From positions 32,001 through 96,000 of IMG/VR virus record IMGVR_UViG_3300027810_000002: a DNA stretch of 64,000 bases; one strand, written 5' to 3'. Of the stretch, positions 39,207-49,789 are shown piece by piece (positions within the stretch are counted from its first letter, which is position 1; each line of letters starts with the position of its first letter). A program made the translations under genes and the position numbers. The notes beneath the pieces are model-generated. The model was not told the origin of the DNA. It did no database searches and was given only the letters and a program-made list of their open reading frames with translations. The stretch comes from a virus.

Positions 39207-41060
39207 TTAAAATGAGAGCGGCATGAATCCTACCATAGGGATTGGACCACCTGGTGTTGCTATTCCACCTAAATATAAAAACTTTAATTTTAATAAGTGC
39301 TTTGCACATGCTCCTGCAAATGCTGTTGCAACTAAAGTGGCAGCAACCGGAGTTGCTGGAGGAACTTCAAAAAACTTACCATTGTTCCATGCTCTTCTTA
39401 AATCGTTTGCAAGTGATGTCTTACTACCATATGATATTGGTGCAAACACGCCAAGTAATGGAGGAGTTATATTACATGGTGGTATTGGAGGCCCACTTGT
39501 AAACGGCTGAACTGCTGCTGATTGCCAGTATTTAATAATAGCACCTGCCATTATCTCATACGGATCCTCGCCGTCTTCCTCTTGATCCTGTGAGTTTACC
39601 TCTTCCATGTAGTTGGCCCACTTTCTTTGAGTTTCCCACCATCTTTCTTGCTCTTTTTTATAGAGTGAATCCTTTTCACGTCTTCGCCATATTCGACCTA
39701 TGTTGTTAGTGTACATTAAAATCTTTCCATCAATGCTCGGAACGTATGTGAAGGCTTTAATTAAACCTTGTTTTATTTCTGCTGGTATTTCTTCTGGCCT
39801 TTGCTTATGCTCTTCTTGAAAGACATATTGATTAATCTGATAATCCGAAGTAGACAGGGGAGGTACGATAAGTTTACTTGTTAAAGAATATTTATTACCT
39901 CCATCTTTTATTACTTTATTTCTTTCTTCTTTTTCGGCACTTCTCCATTCTTTTTCTAAAAATTTTATTTTATCGTATATCTTTCTAGAAAGAGCCCGGT
40001 AGTTATACGGTATCTCTGTTCCATACCTTAGAAGCTCTACCCATAGCTTATATCCTTTTGAATTATCATTCCTTTTTAGAATTCTATTAACTAGAACATT
40101 TATTCTTTCTTCTTCTGTAAGATCTGGTATAGTATTTCTAACAGGCTTAGTAATATTTTCTGGATATCCTGCAGCGTATCCTTGTAACTTTTCATCAATA
40201 CCACTTAGCTTCTCTAATACTCCACCATCGCTTATAGTAATTGATTTAGTCTTATTTATTATTTTAATTAAAGATTTACCGGACATATCTAGTATTTCTT
40301 TAAATGTATATGTATATTTACCAGGAACTGCAGGTATGTTTATTACGGTAAAGGCAGTATTATTGCCAGCTCCGCTTCCGGAACCGCTACCAGAGCCCGA
40401 TGATGTCGAGCCAGAACCTACTGAACCTACTGTTAGCAAAGGCTGTTCAATTTCGTTTATTGTATATCTTATTTTAAAAGACTGTTCTGGATTAAATTTT
40501 TTAATTATAAATCGAACAACGTAATTATGAGATGGTGCGTTTATATCTGAACTTGCTTTAGTAACTACACTAAAATCTATATCTCCGTCATTCGTGGTGT
40601 CATTTGGATCCTCCTCTGGATATGGAACCGGGCATGTTGATTCATATAGGGGATAGTAATTGAACTTCTGAAGAGTGTCTGTGTTCTCTGAGGTCCATTT
40701 TTCTATCTCACACTGTGCGTCAAATGTTAAATCGGCTTCTGGGAGTATTTCAGTAATAGACTGATACTGCGATAAAGTTTTTCTATCCTCAAGAGAGGTT
40801 TCATAATCTTCAAAAAGCTTTTTAAATGCCTTGTCAAAGCCTTCCGTCAACACAGTCTTTACGCCAGCATTACTATGTGTATTTCCGAATGGGGTTTGTG
40901 CTGTTGATACTGCGGCAACATATTCATCTGCTAGAAACGAGGCAAAGTCGCCAATGCCCGGAGTATGTGGAGGTACCTGAGGTAATCCCATACTCTCTGC
41001 ACTTCTTGCTATTAGTTTTGCAGATACGTTATTAATAAATAAAGGCCATTTTGCCGGCAT
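39207..41060 (-). CDS. Hypothetical baseplate-associated protein with Pro-rich C-terminus
   Basis: 617 aa, next to the gp5-like gene, preceded by GATATATA at 41081-41088. Confidence 0.55.
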   Translation of the reverse strand: MPAKWPLFINNVSAKLIARSAESMGLPQVPPHTPGIGDFASFLADEYVAAVSTAQTPFGNTHSNAGVKTVLTEGFDKAFKKLFEDYETSLEDRKTLSQYQSITEILPEADLTFDAQCEIEKWTSENTDTLQKFNYYPLYESTCPVPYPEEDPNDTTNDGDIDFSVVTKASSDINAPSHNYVVRFIIKKFNPEQSFKIRYTINEIEQPLLTVGSVGSGSTSSGSGSGSGSGAGNNTAFTVINIPAVPGKYTYTFKEILDMSGKSLIKIINKTKSITISDGGVLEKLSGIDEKLQGYAAGYPENITKPVRNTIPDLTEEERINVLVNRILKRNDNSKGYKLWVELLRYGTEIPYNYRALSRKIYDKIKFLEKEWRSAEKEERNKVIKDGGNKYSLTSKLIVPPLSTSDYQINQYVFQEEHKQRPEEIPAEIKQGLIKAFTYVPSIDGKILMYTNNIGRIWRRREKDSLYKKEQERWWETQRKWANYMEEVNSQDQEEDGEDPYEIMAGAIIKYWQSAAVQPFTSGPPIPPCNITPPLLGVFAPISYGSKTSLANDLRRAWNNGKFFEVPPATPVAATLVATAFAGACAKHLLKLKFLYLGGIATPGGPIPMVGFMPLSF

Positions 41061-41088
41061 GATTGTATCGTTTTATAGACTATATATC

Positions 41089-41829
41089 CTATTTACCAGT
41101 CTGTTGATAATCTATGTGAGTACTTTTAAGTTCTGCAACAGTTGACGGTGTCGGTGCTGCTGGGAAACCAGAGGGCCCAACCCCTGTTGGGTGAAAGTGG
41201 TAATTGTAATCATCTAGTAATTTGTTTAACCATTTCTCTAAAGAAACTCCTCGAACTGCAGGTTCACTAATGTCCTCCGTCACGTCACTACCGTCTACTG
41301 CTTCACCAGTGTTACTTAAAAATATATCACCAGAATCTAGAAATAGCTTTTGATCGGTAGATATCTTAATAATACCTTCTTCGTCGATTTGTATAAGCGG
41401 TCTTTCCTTTGGCCCAGATCCTCTTGAGATTACTAAACCGTCTTTAGTTGATGAATATATTCTTATGTTTCGTTCGGCATCATATACTAAACTAACAACA
41501 TCATGCGCATTATCAGGATCTTGTTCTAAAACTTCTGATTTAAGATCCTTATTTTGGTTAATTTGAAACCAGTATTCAGGATGGTATATGTTACCATTGT
41601 CAAATCTCACTGCAACAATATCTCCAACTCTTGGAATTGAATGTGCTCCTGCATTATCTCTATTCATTGGGGTTGCCCATGGAATTGATTCATTTTCTAA
41701 TAAATCAAACTTACCATAAACTTTAACTCGACATCTTCCTAAAAGAGAAGGATCTACATTATCAACCACCTCACCTAACCAGTGAGTTTCCCTAATATTA
41801 TCTTTTTCTAGTTCCTTGTCTCTTGCCAT
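41089..41829 (-). CDS. Baseplate central spike (gp5/gpV-like OB-fold, no lysozyme)
   Basis: GEVVDNVDP..LGRCRVKVYG, IPWATP, PRVGDIVAV.F, C-terminal HFHPTGVGPSG. Confidence 0.85.
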   Translation of the reverse strand: MARDKELEKDNIRETHWLGEVVDNVDPSLLGRCRVKVYGKFDLLENESIPWATPMNRDNAGAHSIPRVGDIVAVRFDNGNIYHPEYWFQINQNKDLKSEVLEQDPDNAHDVVSLVYDAERNIRIYSSTKDGLVISRGSGPKERPLIQIDEEGIIKISTDQKLFLDSGDIFLSNTGEAVDGSDVTEDISEPAVRGVSLEKWLNKLLDDYNYHFHPTGVGPSGFPAAPTPSTVAELKSTHIDYQQTGK

Positions 41830-43010
41830 TATTCATGTATATTACCTAGAGATTTTGCAGCCGCTGAGTTTAGCGCATCTCCAATAGTCTGTCCTTGGTC
41901 TACTAAACCATGTACGTTATCTGCAATAACGCTTTGTATATTATTTGCATTTGCAGCAGGACTTGCTATGTTATCAACTCCTTTTACAAAATCTTTATAT
42001 AGATTATTAACAGCCACATTAACTCGACCTACTGTCGCATCCTTAGCCTGTTGTTTTAATTCATTAACTTTTTCGATAGCTGTGTTTTTTAAATCTCCAA
42101 CCGCTCGATCAGCAAACGCCGTTGCTTTTTGAACAGCTTGATCTTTTAGCCAATCTCCTACGCTATTAAGTTCTTTATTCTCTGAGTCAGGTGCTGGTGA
42201 TAAATCATCCGTGTTGTAAACAGATTCTACAATACCATTTAATACCCTAGCTTCCATATCATATAATGCTTCATAGCTTATTGATATTTCTCCTGTTGCT
42301 ACCTCTGGCGTGGCTTTTTGTAAATTTGCAAATAATGTTGTTCCGGATTTTAAATCAAATTCACAAAACTTAAGAGCAAACATAAAATAAGGTTTTCCAC
42401 TTGTTCCTGAAATTCCAGCATTTGCATTATCTATACCTATTTTCGGTTTAAAATTATCCGGAAATCCTCCTAGATCAACTCCACTTAAAGTAGGTTTAGA
42501 CATGTTTTTAATAGCCCTAACTTCAGTAACATAGATATACATTCTGAATTTTCTTAAATTGGTTGGTAAAACCCATGTCCATTTTCTTTCATCGAAAACC
42601 GCTTTTCTATATAAGTGCATTAAACCAGATATTGTCAGGTTAATAGACTCTAAAGTTCCTATAGTTATTACAGCATCATCCCCTCCAAAATAAGGATTTA
42701 ACGGATCATACTGTTGTATTTTTTCTAAACCAGATAAACTTTGCCAAAACCAAGGCATTTCATTATTAATAAGTTTTAAAGCTTTTTTAAAGTTCTGAAG
42801 TGCTTCTAATTTTTCTTTATAATATTCAGACGTTTCTCCTTCAGATGATAGTCTCTTTAAATAATCCTCAGCAGGGTCTGCTAACAGAGGCGAATTGGCA
42901 GCATCTGCAAAATCAAACAGCATAAGAAACGACATGTAAGTTGGATCTTGGTACGGTTGACTTGCTCTTTTACCTTTTCTAAAATCTGATATTTTCTTGA
43001 AATCTGACAT
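41829..43010 (-). CDS. Tail tube initiator-like baseplate protein (gp54/gp48-like)
   Basis: Position between hub and spike genes; tube-fold-like N-domain and helical C-terminus. Confidence 0.45.
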   Translation of the reverse strand: MSDFKKISDFRKGKRASQPYQDPTYMSFLMLFDFADAANSPLLADPAEDYLKRLSSEGETSEYYKEKLEALQNFKKALKLINNEMPWFWQSLSGLEKIQQYDPLNPYFGGDDAVITIGTLESINLTISGLMHLYRKAVFDERKWTWVLPTNLRKFRMYIYVTEVRAIKNMSKPTLSGVDLGGFPDNFKPKIGIDNANAGISGTSGKPYFMFALKFCEFDLKSGTTLFANLQKATPEVATGEISISYEALYDMEARVLNGIVESVYNTDDLSPAPDSENKELNSVGDWLKDQAVQKATAFADRAVGDLKNTAIEKVNELKQQAKDATVGRVNVAVNNLYKDFVKGVDNIASPAANANNIQSVIADNVHGLVDQGQTIGDALNSAAAKSLGNIHE

Positions 43011-43040
43011 ATAGTATATATTCTTATTAGTTTGTAGCTA

Positions 43041-44537
43041 TTAACCTTGTAAATTATTTAATCTACTTGGCCATTCTCTTCTTAAAAGAGTTAAGTGCTG
43101 TCTGATAGCCCCTCCCTTGTATGTATATCTAATAGATCCTATAATATAAAATCCGCTTAAGAATTCATCTACTGCTTGTGCAGATCCGTTGGTTGGTAAA
43201 TCAGGATCTGATTCTGGCTGTGCTTCAAAACCAAGTTCTTCTTTTGTGCTTTTTACCTGTGAATCAACTAAAACCTGTGAATCTGTTTCGTGAAAAATTA
43301 CAATCGGTATTTTTTGATATCTGTATAGTGCAGGATTCCATGTTGATAACTCAATTTCAAGAGTCATTTTATCTAGTTCCTGTAGGTTTTGTTGATTGTG
43401 TATTCCTGCAAAGTTGTAGTTTAAGTGTGTATTGGAAGTCTCAGGGTCACTGTTTCTTCTACCTACATATTTATACTTTATTTCTTGTTTGTATCTCTCC
43501 TCATCCCTACGTCCTTTCATGGGCTCGGCAATGTCCTTCATTTCATTTGAACTTAGTGGTTCAATATCGAAGTTTACTAATCCTTCATCAGAGTCGTTTT
43601 CAAAGTATTGCAATACTCTTTTATAGCCATTTCTTTTTGCAATAGTTCCTGCATTGTTTTTAAGAGAATACTTATCAATATGTAGATTAGATCCTTCAAG
43701 TTCTGACTTTGTGCTAAGTATTAAAGTGCTTGCCATCTCATTCGTTGTATTGCTGGCGTCCGCTCCTTTGGTATCGTTCATATCGTCGTTCATCGCTGCA
43801 ACAGCATCTTCAAAATCATCCTCTGCATTTATCATTATATTTAAGTCAACATATGTTAAATAATAAAAAGGATCGATACAGTATGTTTGAAAAGAATCAT
43901 CATTAACGTATGAGTGTTTTACTAAATTTGTAATAGTATCTATAATAGGCTCGTATGTTGTTACACAATTCATTTCATCGTCTGTTGTGTCAATGTTAGA
44001 AGCTAATCCTATTTTTAAATCAGTAGCTATTTTCTCTAAGTGATCTATTGTTGTTCCTTTGCCATACGATTTACACTGCTCCGCATTCAATCCTGGAATT
44101 TTCATCTCACCAGTAAATGAATACTTAGCTCCACCTGACCCCCTAGATATTACACTAACAGGAGGAGATTCTACGTTTGTAATATCAAAATCTATTCTAA
44201 TATCTTTATAATCGTCTTTTGGTCTAGCCGATAATCTTACTGTTATTACATCACCATCTCTTGGAAAGGAATCTACATTAAATCTAGCGTCATTATCAAC
44301 TACTGTAAGTTCTATTGTTGGAACAAATTCTTCTAATGAAATTTCAAAAGTTTTTATATCTGCTCGATTGAATTGATATCCGTTAATAATTATTAGTGGA
44401 AATTCAACCCCAAGATCTCTAGTTACGTTAGCGTCACCTGGATTGTCGCCCTCTTGCTCTCCAAATGAGTCAAAATTATGTTCATCCAGTTTTATTGTTG
44501 GTTCTAACCTTGTTAAAATTTTACCTTCTAATGCCAT
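43041..44537 (-). CDS. Baseplate hub protein (gp27-like)
   Basis: C-terminal LSGFYIIGSIRY...QHLTLLR; position upstream of the spike gene. Confidence 0.65.
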   Translation of the reverse strand: MALEGKILTRLEPTIKLDEHNFDSFGEQEGDNPGDANVTRDLGVEFPLIIINGYQFNRADIKTFEISLEEFVPTIELTVVDNDARFNVDSFPRDGDVITVRLSARPKDDYKDIRIDFDITNVESPPVSVISRGSGGAKYSFTGEMKIPGLNAEQCKSYGKGTTIDHLEKIATDLKIGLASNIDTTDDEMNCVTTYEPIIDTITNLVKHSYVNDDSFQTYCIDPFYYLTYVDLNIMINAEDDFEDAVAAMNDDMNDTKGADASNTTNEMASTLILSTKSELEGSNLHIDKYSLKNNAGTIAKRNGYKRVLQYFENDSDEGLVNFDIEPLSSNEMKDIAEPMKGRRDEERYKQEIKYKYVGRRNSDPETSNTHLNYNFAGIHNQQNLQELDKMTLEIELSTWNPALYRYQKIPIVIFHETDSQVLVDSQVKSTKEELGFEAQPESDPDLPTNGSAQAVDEFLSGFYIIGSIRYTYKGGAIRQHLTLLRREWPSRLNNLQG

Positions 44538-44538
44538 T

Positions 44539-45030
44539 CTATAATATTATAGTGTCTCCGTTAATATCGATATTCTTATCTCCGTCTTTTAGTATATTTG
44601 GAGGAACTATTTGTTTTGATCCATTTTGTTTTTGAGCAGCTTTTTTCTTTAGATACTCTGCTCTCTTAGCGTCCTTAACTGTTAATCTCTTAGAGTCAAC
44701 AAACTGATCTCTTATTGATTTATCTTTTTGACTTCCTATTCCTTTAATTGTTTTCCAAGCCTTTAATATTGCGTCTTTATCTGGTATATTTAAAACATCA
44801 CCTTCATTTATTGAAAAAGGATTAGATATATTATTAAATTTTAAAATAAGATCAGAGTAATCTGCAAGCCCGTAATACTTGATTGATATCATATCAATTC
44901 GACATGTCTCATCTGCTGAAACTTCATGGACTGCCCTGATTTCAGCATTTTTAGGAAACAATATAGTTGGTTCGGTTATTCTTAACTTACCATCCTTTAT
45001 TTTTTTATTATTTATAGATTTTAAGTTCAT
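44539..45030 (-). CDS. Baseplate wedge protein (gp53/LysM-like)
   Basis: RIDMISIKYYG...LILKFNNISNPF.I.EGDVLNIP. Confidence 0.8.
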   Translation of the reverse strand: MNLKSINNKKIKDGKLRITEPTILFPKNAEIRAVHEVSADETCRIDMISIKYYGLADYSDLILKFNNISNPFSINEGDVLNIPDKDAILKAWKTIKGIGSQKDKSIRDQFVDSKRLTVKDAKRAEYLKKKAAQKQNGSKQIVPPNILKDGDKNIDINGDTIIL

Positions 45031-45031
45031 A

Positions 45032-46780
45032 TTATCCGTTTGAATGTTTTCTTAATTCTTTGTCCTTTGGTGATTTTTGAGTTTTACCATACGCATTGAC
45101 ATCAACCGTTGCGTTAATATCTATTTCATCTGCAGGTTGTATATAGAATCTACCCCTACCTGTGTTAAACATACTTTCAATTTCTGCCTTATCTCTTGGT
45201 CTTGCTGGTTTTAATGTGATTTCAACAACCATTCTCTCTGGAAAATCTTGTAATCCCATAGGTCCTTCAAAATTAATTGAAGTATCTGTACATGCTAGAT
45301 TACCAATAACCACGATTGGGTTTAGTGGGTTACCGATTGTAACATGCCACTGTCCGGTAGGATCACCAGATAATAAAGCAGCAACTGCTTGACCACCTTG
45401 TGGAGAGTTAAACATCTTCATCATACTACCCGACAGTAAATTGTTAAGAGTATCACCAACCCCTTTCATTCCAAAATCTTTTATAGATTTCGTTATATCA
45501 CCCATAGAAGATCCAGTATTGTTACCTGTAAAATCTGAAACTACAGATTTCATAAACCCTCCGTAATCTCCATTTTTTAATAAATCAACATTACCTAATG
45601 GCCTTGCAACAGATCCATCTCCAATATATCTAACGTCTCCACCCCAGAAAGGTGCGTTATTATATGTTAAAGCTAGCATGTTAGCCAATTGATCTAACAT
45701 TAATATTTTTGGATTTGCTCCTCCTAAATCTCTAAGTTCGTATTCAAATTTTAGTTTAAATTCCTGATCAAACTTTAAACCCTGTTCCCTAACTAATGTT
45801 TTCTTAATAACATTAAGCGGACCAAATACGTGATTTGGATATGTATTACTAAATGAATCATAACCGGCACCACCATTATCTAATCTTTCCTGCTGTGCCT
45901 GTGTTCTACCTGATGCAGCGTTACTTGCAGCTTTAAGTACTTTATTATTGTTAATTATACCACCAACTTTACCTGAACTTGCATTATTCTGCGACTGTAC
46001 CGTTTGAACCTCTGCCTCTGCTTCTTTCCAATTAAAACCATGCGAAAATTTCATGATTTCCGCCATAGTATTTCCAGTTGCTTCACTTAACCATGTAACT
46101 GCTCTTGCAATATCAGGCTCTTGTGAGTTTGCTCCTGTTAATCCTAAAGGACTAATGATATCATCAGGCGCAGGGCCTGTAAATCTTCGTAGAGTTATCA
46201 TCATGTTGTTTGGAATTCTACCAAAGTATTTCGCCATAGCAAAATCTGAATATTGATATTTATATCCGTTACTACCACCAGCATCTGTCATTTCGATAAT
46301 TCTAGATGCAGTCGGGTTAATTAAAGTTCTTGGATCTATTTTGTTAAAAAACTTACTTTTATTTGAATCACCCTTACCTCCTTCTCCGAACAACGGAGTA
46401 CCTCTAAAATTAATTAATGAGTATTTATTGAAAAGAGAATATGGTCTTTTACCTAAAGTTATATTGGCGTTACCTTCTCCATCTTTATGTTTATACGAAT
46501 CTACGTCTTGATTGTAAAAAACATCAACATTTCTAGTAGCTCTAGTTTCTTGTGTAATTGCATTAACACTTGCTGCGATGTTTAAACTGGAATCTTCTTC
46601 AATAGAAGATTTTAAAGAGTTTTCATTATTCTTAATTCTTAATTGAGCGTTAACCCCATCAGGGTTTTCAATATCGAATAAGTCGTTAAGTTTATCTTTG
46701 AGTGTACTAACCCCTAGTTCGCTCACTTGCGTGATTGCGTCACTTGAGTTATTTATACCTCCACTAATGTCTAAGCTCAT
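45032..46780 (-). CDS. Putative baseplate/tail-tube junction protein
   Basis: 582 aa, first gene of the hub operon; C-terminal tube-fold-like IGNLACTD...FP....VEITLKP. Confidence 0.5.
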   Translation of the reverse strand: MSLDISGGINNSSDAITQVSELGVSTLKDKLNDLFDIENPDGVNAQLRIKNNENSLKSSIEEDSSLNIAASVNAITQETRATRNVDVFYNQDVDSYKHKDGEGNANITLGKRPYSLFNKYSLINFRGTPLFGEGGKGDSNKSKFFNKIDPRTLINPTASRIIEMTDAGGSNGYKYQYSDFAMAKYFGRIPNNMMITLRRFTGPAPDDIISPLGLTGANSQEPDIARAVTWLSEATGNTMAEIMKFSHGFNWKEAEAEVQTVQSQNNASSGKVGGIINNNKVLKAASNAASGRTQAQQERLDNGGAGYDSFSNTYPNHVFGPLNVIKKTLVREQGLKFDQEFKLKFEYELRDLGGANPKILMLDQLANMLALTYNNAPFWGGDVRYIGDGSVARPLGNVDLLKNGDYGGFMKSVVSDFTGNNTGSSMGDITKSIKDFGMKGVGDTLNNLLSGSMMKMFNSPQGGQAVAALLSGDPTGQWHVTIGNPLNPIVVIGNLACTDTSINFEGPMGLQDFPERMVVEITLKPARPRDKAEIESMFNTGRGRFYIQPADEIDINATVDVNAYGKTQKSPKDKELRKHSNG

Positions 46781-46836
46781 ATATATTATTACTATTGTTT
46801 TTATACGTAGTAAGTATATATATTAAGATTAATCTA

Positions 46837-47427
46837 CTACCCTTTTAAGTTATCGTACTCTGGGCCCATTGGTCGAAATAATAATTTGTTGAAGTATTCT
46901 GGATCTGTAGGCGCGCGATCCCCTAGAAACTTTTTAAGATGTGCCTCGAAGACTCCTTTAGATTCATAATAATATTTACCCTTAGAATAAGAAACCCTTG
47001 AGGACTTTTCATATAGCTCCCTGATCTCTTTTTCAATTAAAAAATCTTGAATATTAAGATAAAGCTTCTGTACTTGGTTAAATGTTTTAGTGCACATCAC
47101 GGAATCTATAGTAATCATATAGGTTTCTGAATTAGCGTCTAAATGTTTTTGAAGTTCTTTTTTATTTTTAATATTAGATCTATTAAATCCAAAGACAGTA
47201 GTTCCTCCATTAAAATTCTTTTCAAATTTCATTCCAAAGAAATATCTTTTAAGAAAATTAATATCATCGTAGAACTTAACTATTCTAACATGATACTTCG
47301 GCATTGTTTCGTCGAATTTTACATCATATATTAATACTCTAACCGGGAAAACAATATTTGAATATCTAGAGTTTGAAATAAGAGCATGGACGTGTTCACC
47401 TTTATTAAATAAGCGATGCCTAATCAT
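46837..47427 (-). CDS. Hypothetical protein
   Basis: 196 aa, overlapping operon. Confidence 0.6.
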   Translation of the reverse strand: MIRHRLFNKGEHVHALISNSRYSNIVFPVRVLIYDVKFDETMPKYHVRIVKFYDDINFLKRYFFGMKFEKNFNGGTTVFGFNRSNIKNKKELQKHLDANSETYMITIDSVMCTKTFNQVQKLYLNIQDFLIEKEIRELYEKSSRVSYSKGKYYYESKGVFEAHLKKFLGDRAPTDPEYFNKLLFRPMGPEYDNLKG

Positions 47428-47842
47428 TGTCTACAAATTTAACGAAGTCGAATTGATTTAATATATTTTTGCTGGGTACTTTATCCATGTTTAATGAATT
47501 AAGAATAAATTCTATTTTCATGTCAGTGTAACTAGCGACCATCTTTTTAAAATTAGATATAACAATAGGATCGAGATCTCTAAATGTATATACTATTGTT
47601 GTGGTTTTTTTCTTTTCAGAATTTATCGTAGTTCTAAATGAATTCATAATATTTAAACCTATCACGGAATCACTAGGTTCGTTACTATATGGATCTGCTT
47701 TAATTAACTTGTTTTTAATAATAGAAAAGTCGATGACCGTCAAATTCGGATCTTCAATAGCCCTTACGAACTTGTTAAAATCTCTTTTCGACTTACACCA
47801 AACACATTCTATCTTTATGTTATCCATTATTAGTTTGTTCAA
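47420..47842 (-). CDS. Hypothetical protein
   Basis: 140 aa; MDNIKI is the likelier start. Confidence 0.6.
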   Translation of the reverse strand: MNKLIMDNIKIECVWCKSKRDFNKFVRAIEDPNLTVIDFSIIKNKLIKADPYSNEPSDSVIGLNIMNSFRTTINSEKKKTTTIVYTFRDLDPIVISNFKKMVASYTDMKIEFILNSLNMDKVPSKNILNQFDFVKFVDND

Positions 47843-48134
47843 GGTTCGATATACTCGCCTTGAGATTCTTTATTTTAAAGGAGATTTCCTTTTCAGTTGG
47901 TTTGTAATTACTTCCCCAATCGCTGTTGATTTGTATTTGACTTTTAGAATTTGAATTACCAAACTCTAATCCCAAATCAATACAGAGTTCTTCGATGAAT
48001 TTTATTTTATTTAAAATAGAATCAAATTCATATACTGTAGTTGATTCGTACTCTTCACCTCCACCGTTTATATTGTCGTCGTAAACTGATTTTATTACGC
48101 CATTATCTGCTAGCGTTATTTTAATTTCCTGCAT
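47820..48134 (-). CDS. Hypothetical protein
   Basis: 104 aa, overlapping operon. Confidence 0.6.
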   Translation of the reverse strand: MQEIKITLADNGVIKSVYDDNINGGGEEYESTTVYEFDSILNKIKFIEELCIDLGLEFGNSNSKSQIQINSDWGSNYKPTEKEISFKIKNLKASISNLEQTNNG

Positions 48135-48504
48135 TTTTTCTACTAGCTAAAGATTGTTGAGCTTCTTTTCTTAATAAGTTTGCCTGTTTTTTGTCGGCTC
48201 TGTAAGTTTCTCTATCTTTAACAGCAGTAAGTGTCCATGCTTCTTCTAGTTTTACGATTTCTTCTGCGTTATATCCAGAAGTAGACCATGTTTCTTTTAA
48301 TTTATTTAGACTTACTATCAACTGCTCTTCAATAGAATCTAATCTTCTTTTTTCATTAGCTGTTTCCATTGATCGACCGTCTTCTGCCATTTTATTGTGC
48401 CATGCAATTCCTTGCTCTGAGAATCTTCCAAACATATTTTTTACTTTTAAAAAACCTGCTTTCTTAAACTCTCCTCTTCTTTGTCTTCTTGATGATGTTG
48501 CCAT
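48121..48504 (-). CDS. Hypothetical basic helical protein
   Basis: 127 aa, SRRQRR N-terminus. Confidence 0.6.
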   Translation of the reverse strand: MATSSRRQRRGEFKKAGFLKVKNMFGRFSEQGIAWHNKMAEDGRSMETANEKRRLDSIEEQLIVSLNKLKETWSTSGYNAEEIVKLEEAWTLTAVKDRETYRADKKQANLLRKEAQQSLASRKNAGN

Positions 48505-48549
48505 TAGTTTCTCGTGTTATGTTGTTAAATATTATTTATCTAAATTATA

Positions 48550-49059
48550 TTAGCTATAGTATTCTGATAAGAAATCAGTAACATTAGCCTTAATGTATTC
48601 TTGTAATTTGCTTATCTCTATTTGCGACATAGCTACTTCTGAAATTTCCTGATTAAGATCTTCTGTTTCCATACCCTCGCCTAACATTGAATAGAGTTGT
48701 GGTGTTGGAATATTAAGATTGATTTGAATAGGAACGTTCACCACGTTTTTCTTGCTCATCTTTAATATCATTTTTCCGAGTACTGAAGGTTCTACTTCAA
48801 TCGGATCTTTTGATACTATAGGCGGGGTCGTAATATTTGCTTTTTCTTTTTTTGATGAAAGTAGAGGGTTCGCTCCTGGAAAAGGTATTTCTCCATTAAT
48901 GACCGGCTCTAGAAATTCTGATAGAACGGTCTTAAATATTCTCTGTCCGTTTGTAAAAATTACAAATTCACCATCCTCAGATTCAACATTAACTATACTC
49001 CCGAAGTTTTCTCCTTTTTTCCACTGATACTGTTTTAAATCACCTTGCACTTCTGTCAT
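48550..49059 (-). CDS. Hypothetical protein
   Basis: 169 aa, downstream of AAAC-N17-TATAA at 49077-49102. Confidence 0.6.
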   Translation of the reverse strand: MTEVQGDLKQYQWKKGENFGSIVNVESEDGEFVIFTNGQRIFKTVLSEFLEPVINGEIPFPGANPLLSSKKEKANITTPPIVSKDPIEVEPSVLGKMILKMSKKNVVNVPIQINLNIPTPQLYSMLGEGMETEDLNQEISEVAMSQIEISKLQEYIKANVTDFLSEYYS

Positions 49060-49100
49060 TTTAAATTATTTAATAGTTATACTAAAAAAATCTATTTTGT

Positions 49101-49280
49101 TTATTTTAAAGCACCTGCATGATCCTCTGCGAACTCTTCAATATAGTTTATTGATTCACTAGGGCCTATCACTGCGTCAGGGCTCGTTATGTATATTTTA
49201 TAAAAGAAAGAGTCACCTAACTCGATTCTTTTTCTTTTTAAATCTTCTAATTTTGGTAGATATCTTTTATTGAATCCCAT
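49101..49280 (-). CDS. Small hypothetical protein (59 aa, absent from ORF track)
   Basis: MGFNKRYLPKLEDLKRKRIELGDSFFYKIYITSPDAVIGPSESINYIEEFAEDHAGALK*. Fills the gap and overlaps the deaminase stop. Confidence 0.65.
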   Translation of the reverse strand: MGFNKRYLPKLEDLKRKRIELGDSFFYKIYITSPDAVIGPSESINYIEEFAEDHAGALK

Positions 49281-49692
49281 TCCACGTATTTACTTGTTTA
49301 ACTTCAATTCCTGCGGTTTCTAAGAGATCAACTCCGCTCATATCTCTGTATTCTTCAGTATAATATACCATTTTAATCCCGGCTTGTATAATCAATTTAG
49401 CACATCCAAAACATGGACATGTTGTTGTGTATAGCTCAGCGCCAACGCAACTCATAGTCGATTTTGCAACTTTCATAATTGCATTTGATTCTGCGTGTAA
49501 AACTGCGGGGTTTGTTACATTACCATCTTCACATGTATTATCAAAGCCATGTGGCATACCATTATAACCGAATGAAATTACTTGATGATCTTTTACAATG
49601 ACACACCCTACTTTACGTCTTTCTGCGTAACTAAGTTGAGCAAACTGATATGCGGTTTGCATGTATACTAATTCTATTGGTATTCTTGGCAT
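49267..49692 (-). CDS. dCMP deaminase
   Basis: KVGCVIV, GYNG, HAESNAI, PCFGCAKLIIQAGI. Confidence 0.92.
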   Translation of the reverse strand: MPRIPIELVYMQTAYQFAQLSYAERRKVGCVIVKDHQVISFGYNGMPHGFDNTCEDGNVTNPAVLHAESNAIMKVAKSTMSCVGAELYTTTCPCFGCAKLIIQAGIKMVYYTEEYRDMSGVDLLETAGIEVKQVNTWNGIQ

Positions 49693-49740
49693 ATTATTAT
49701 ATTATAATATTTATACCAATTAGTCGGGTATTGTTTACAA

Positions 49741-49767
49741 AAAAAGCCCGGATTTCTCCAGGCTTTT
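49741..49767 (-). terminator. Rho-independent terminator
   Basis: AAAAGCC-GGA...TCC-GGCTTTT hairpin with T-run on the minus strand. Confidence 0.75.
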
Positions 49768-49789
49768 AGTTTTATATTTAAAAAATGAA

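Noticed and set aside
41829-43010. MSDFKKISDFRK as another capsid-targeting tag
   Set aside because: It lacks the (F/Y)-E-x-F core and the downstream Glu site, and the gene sits in the baseplate hub operon.
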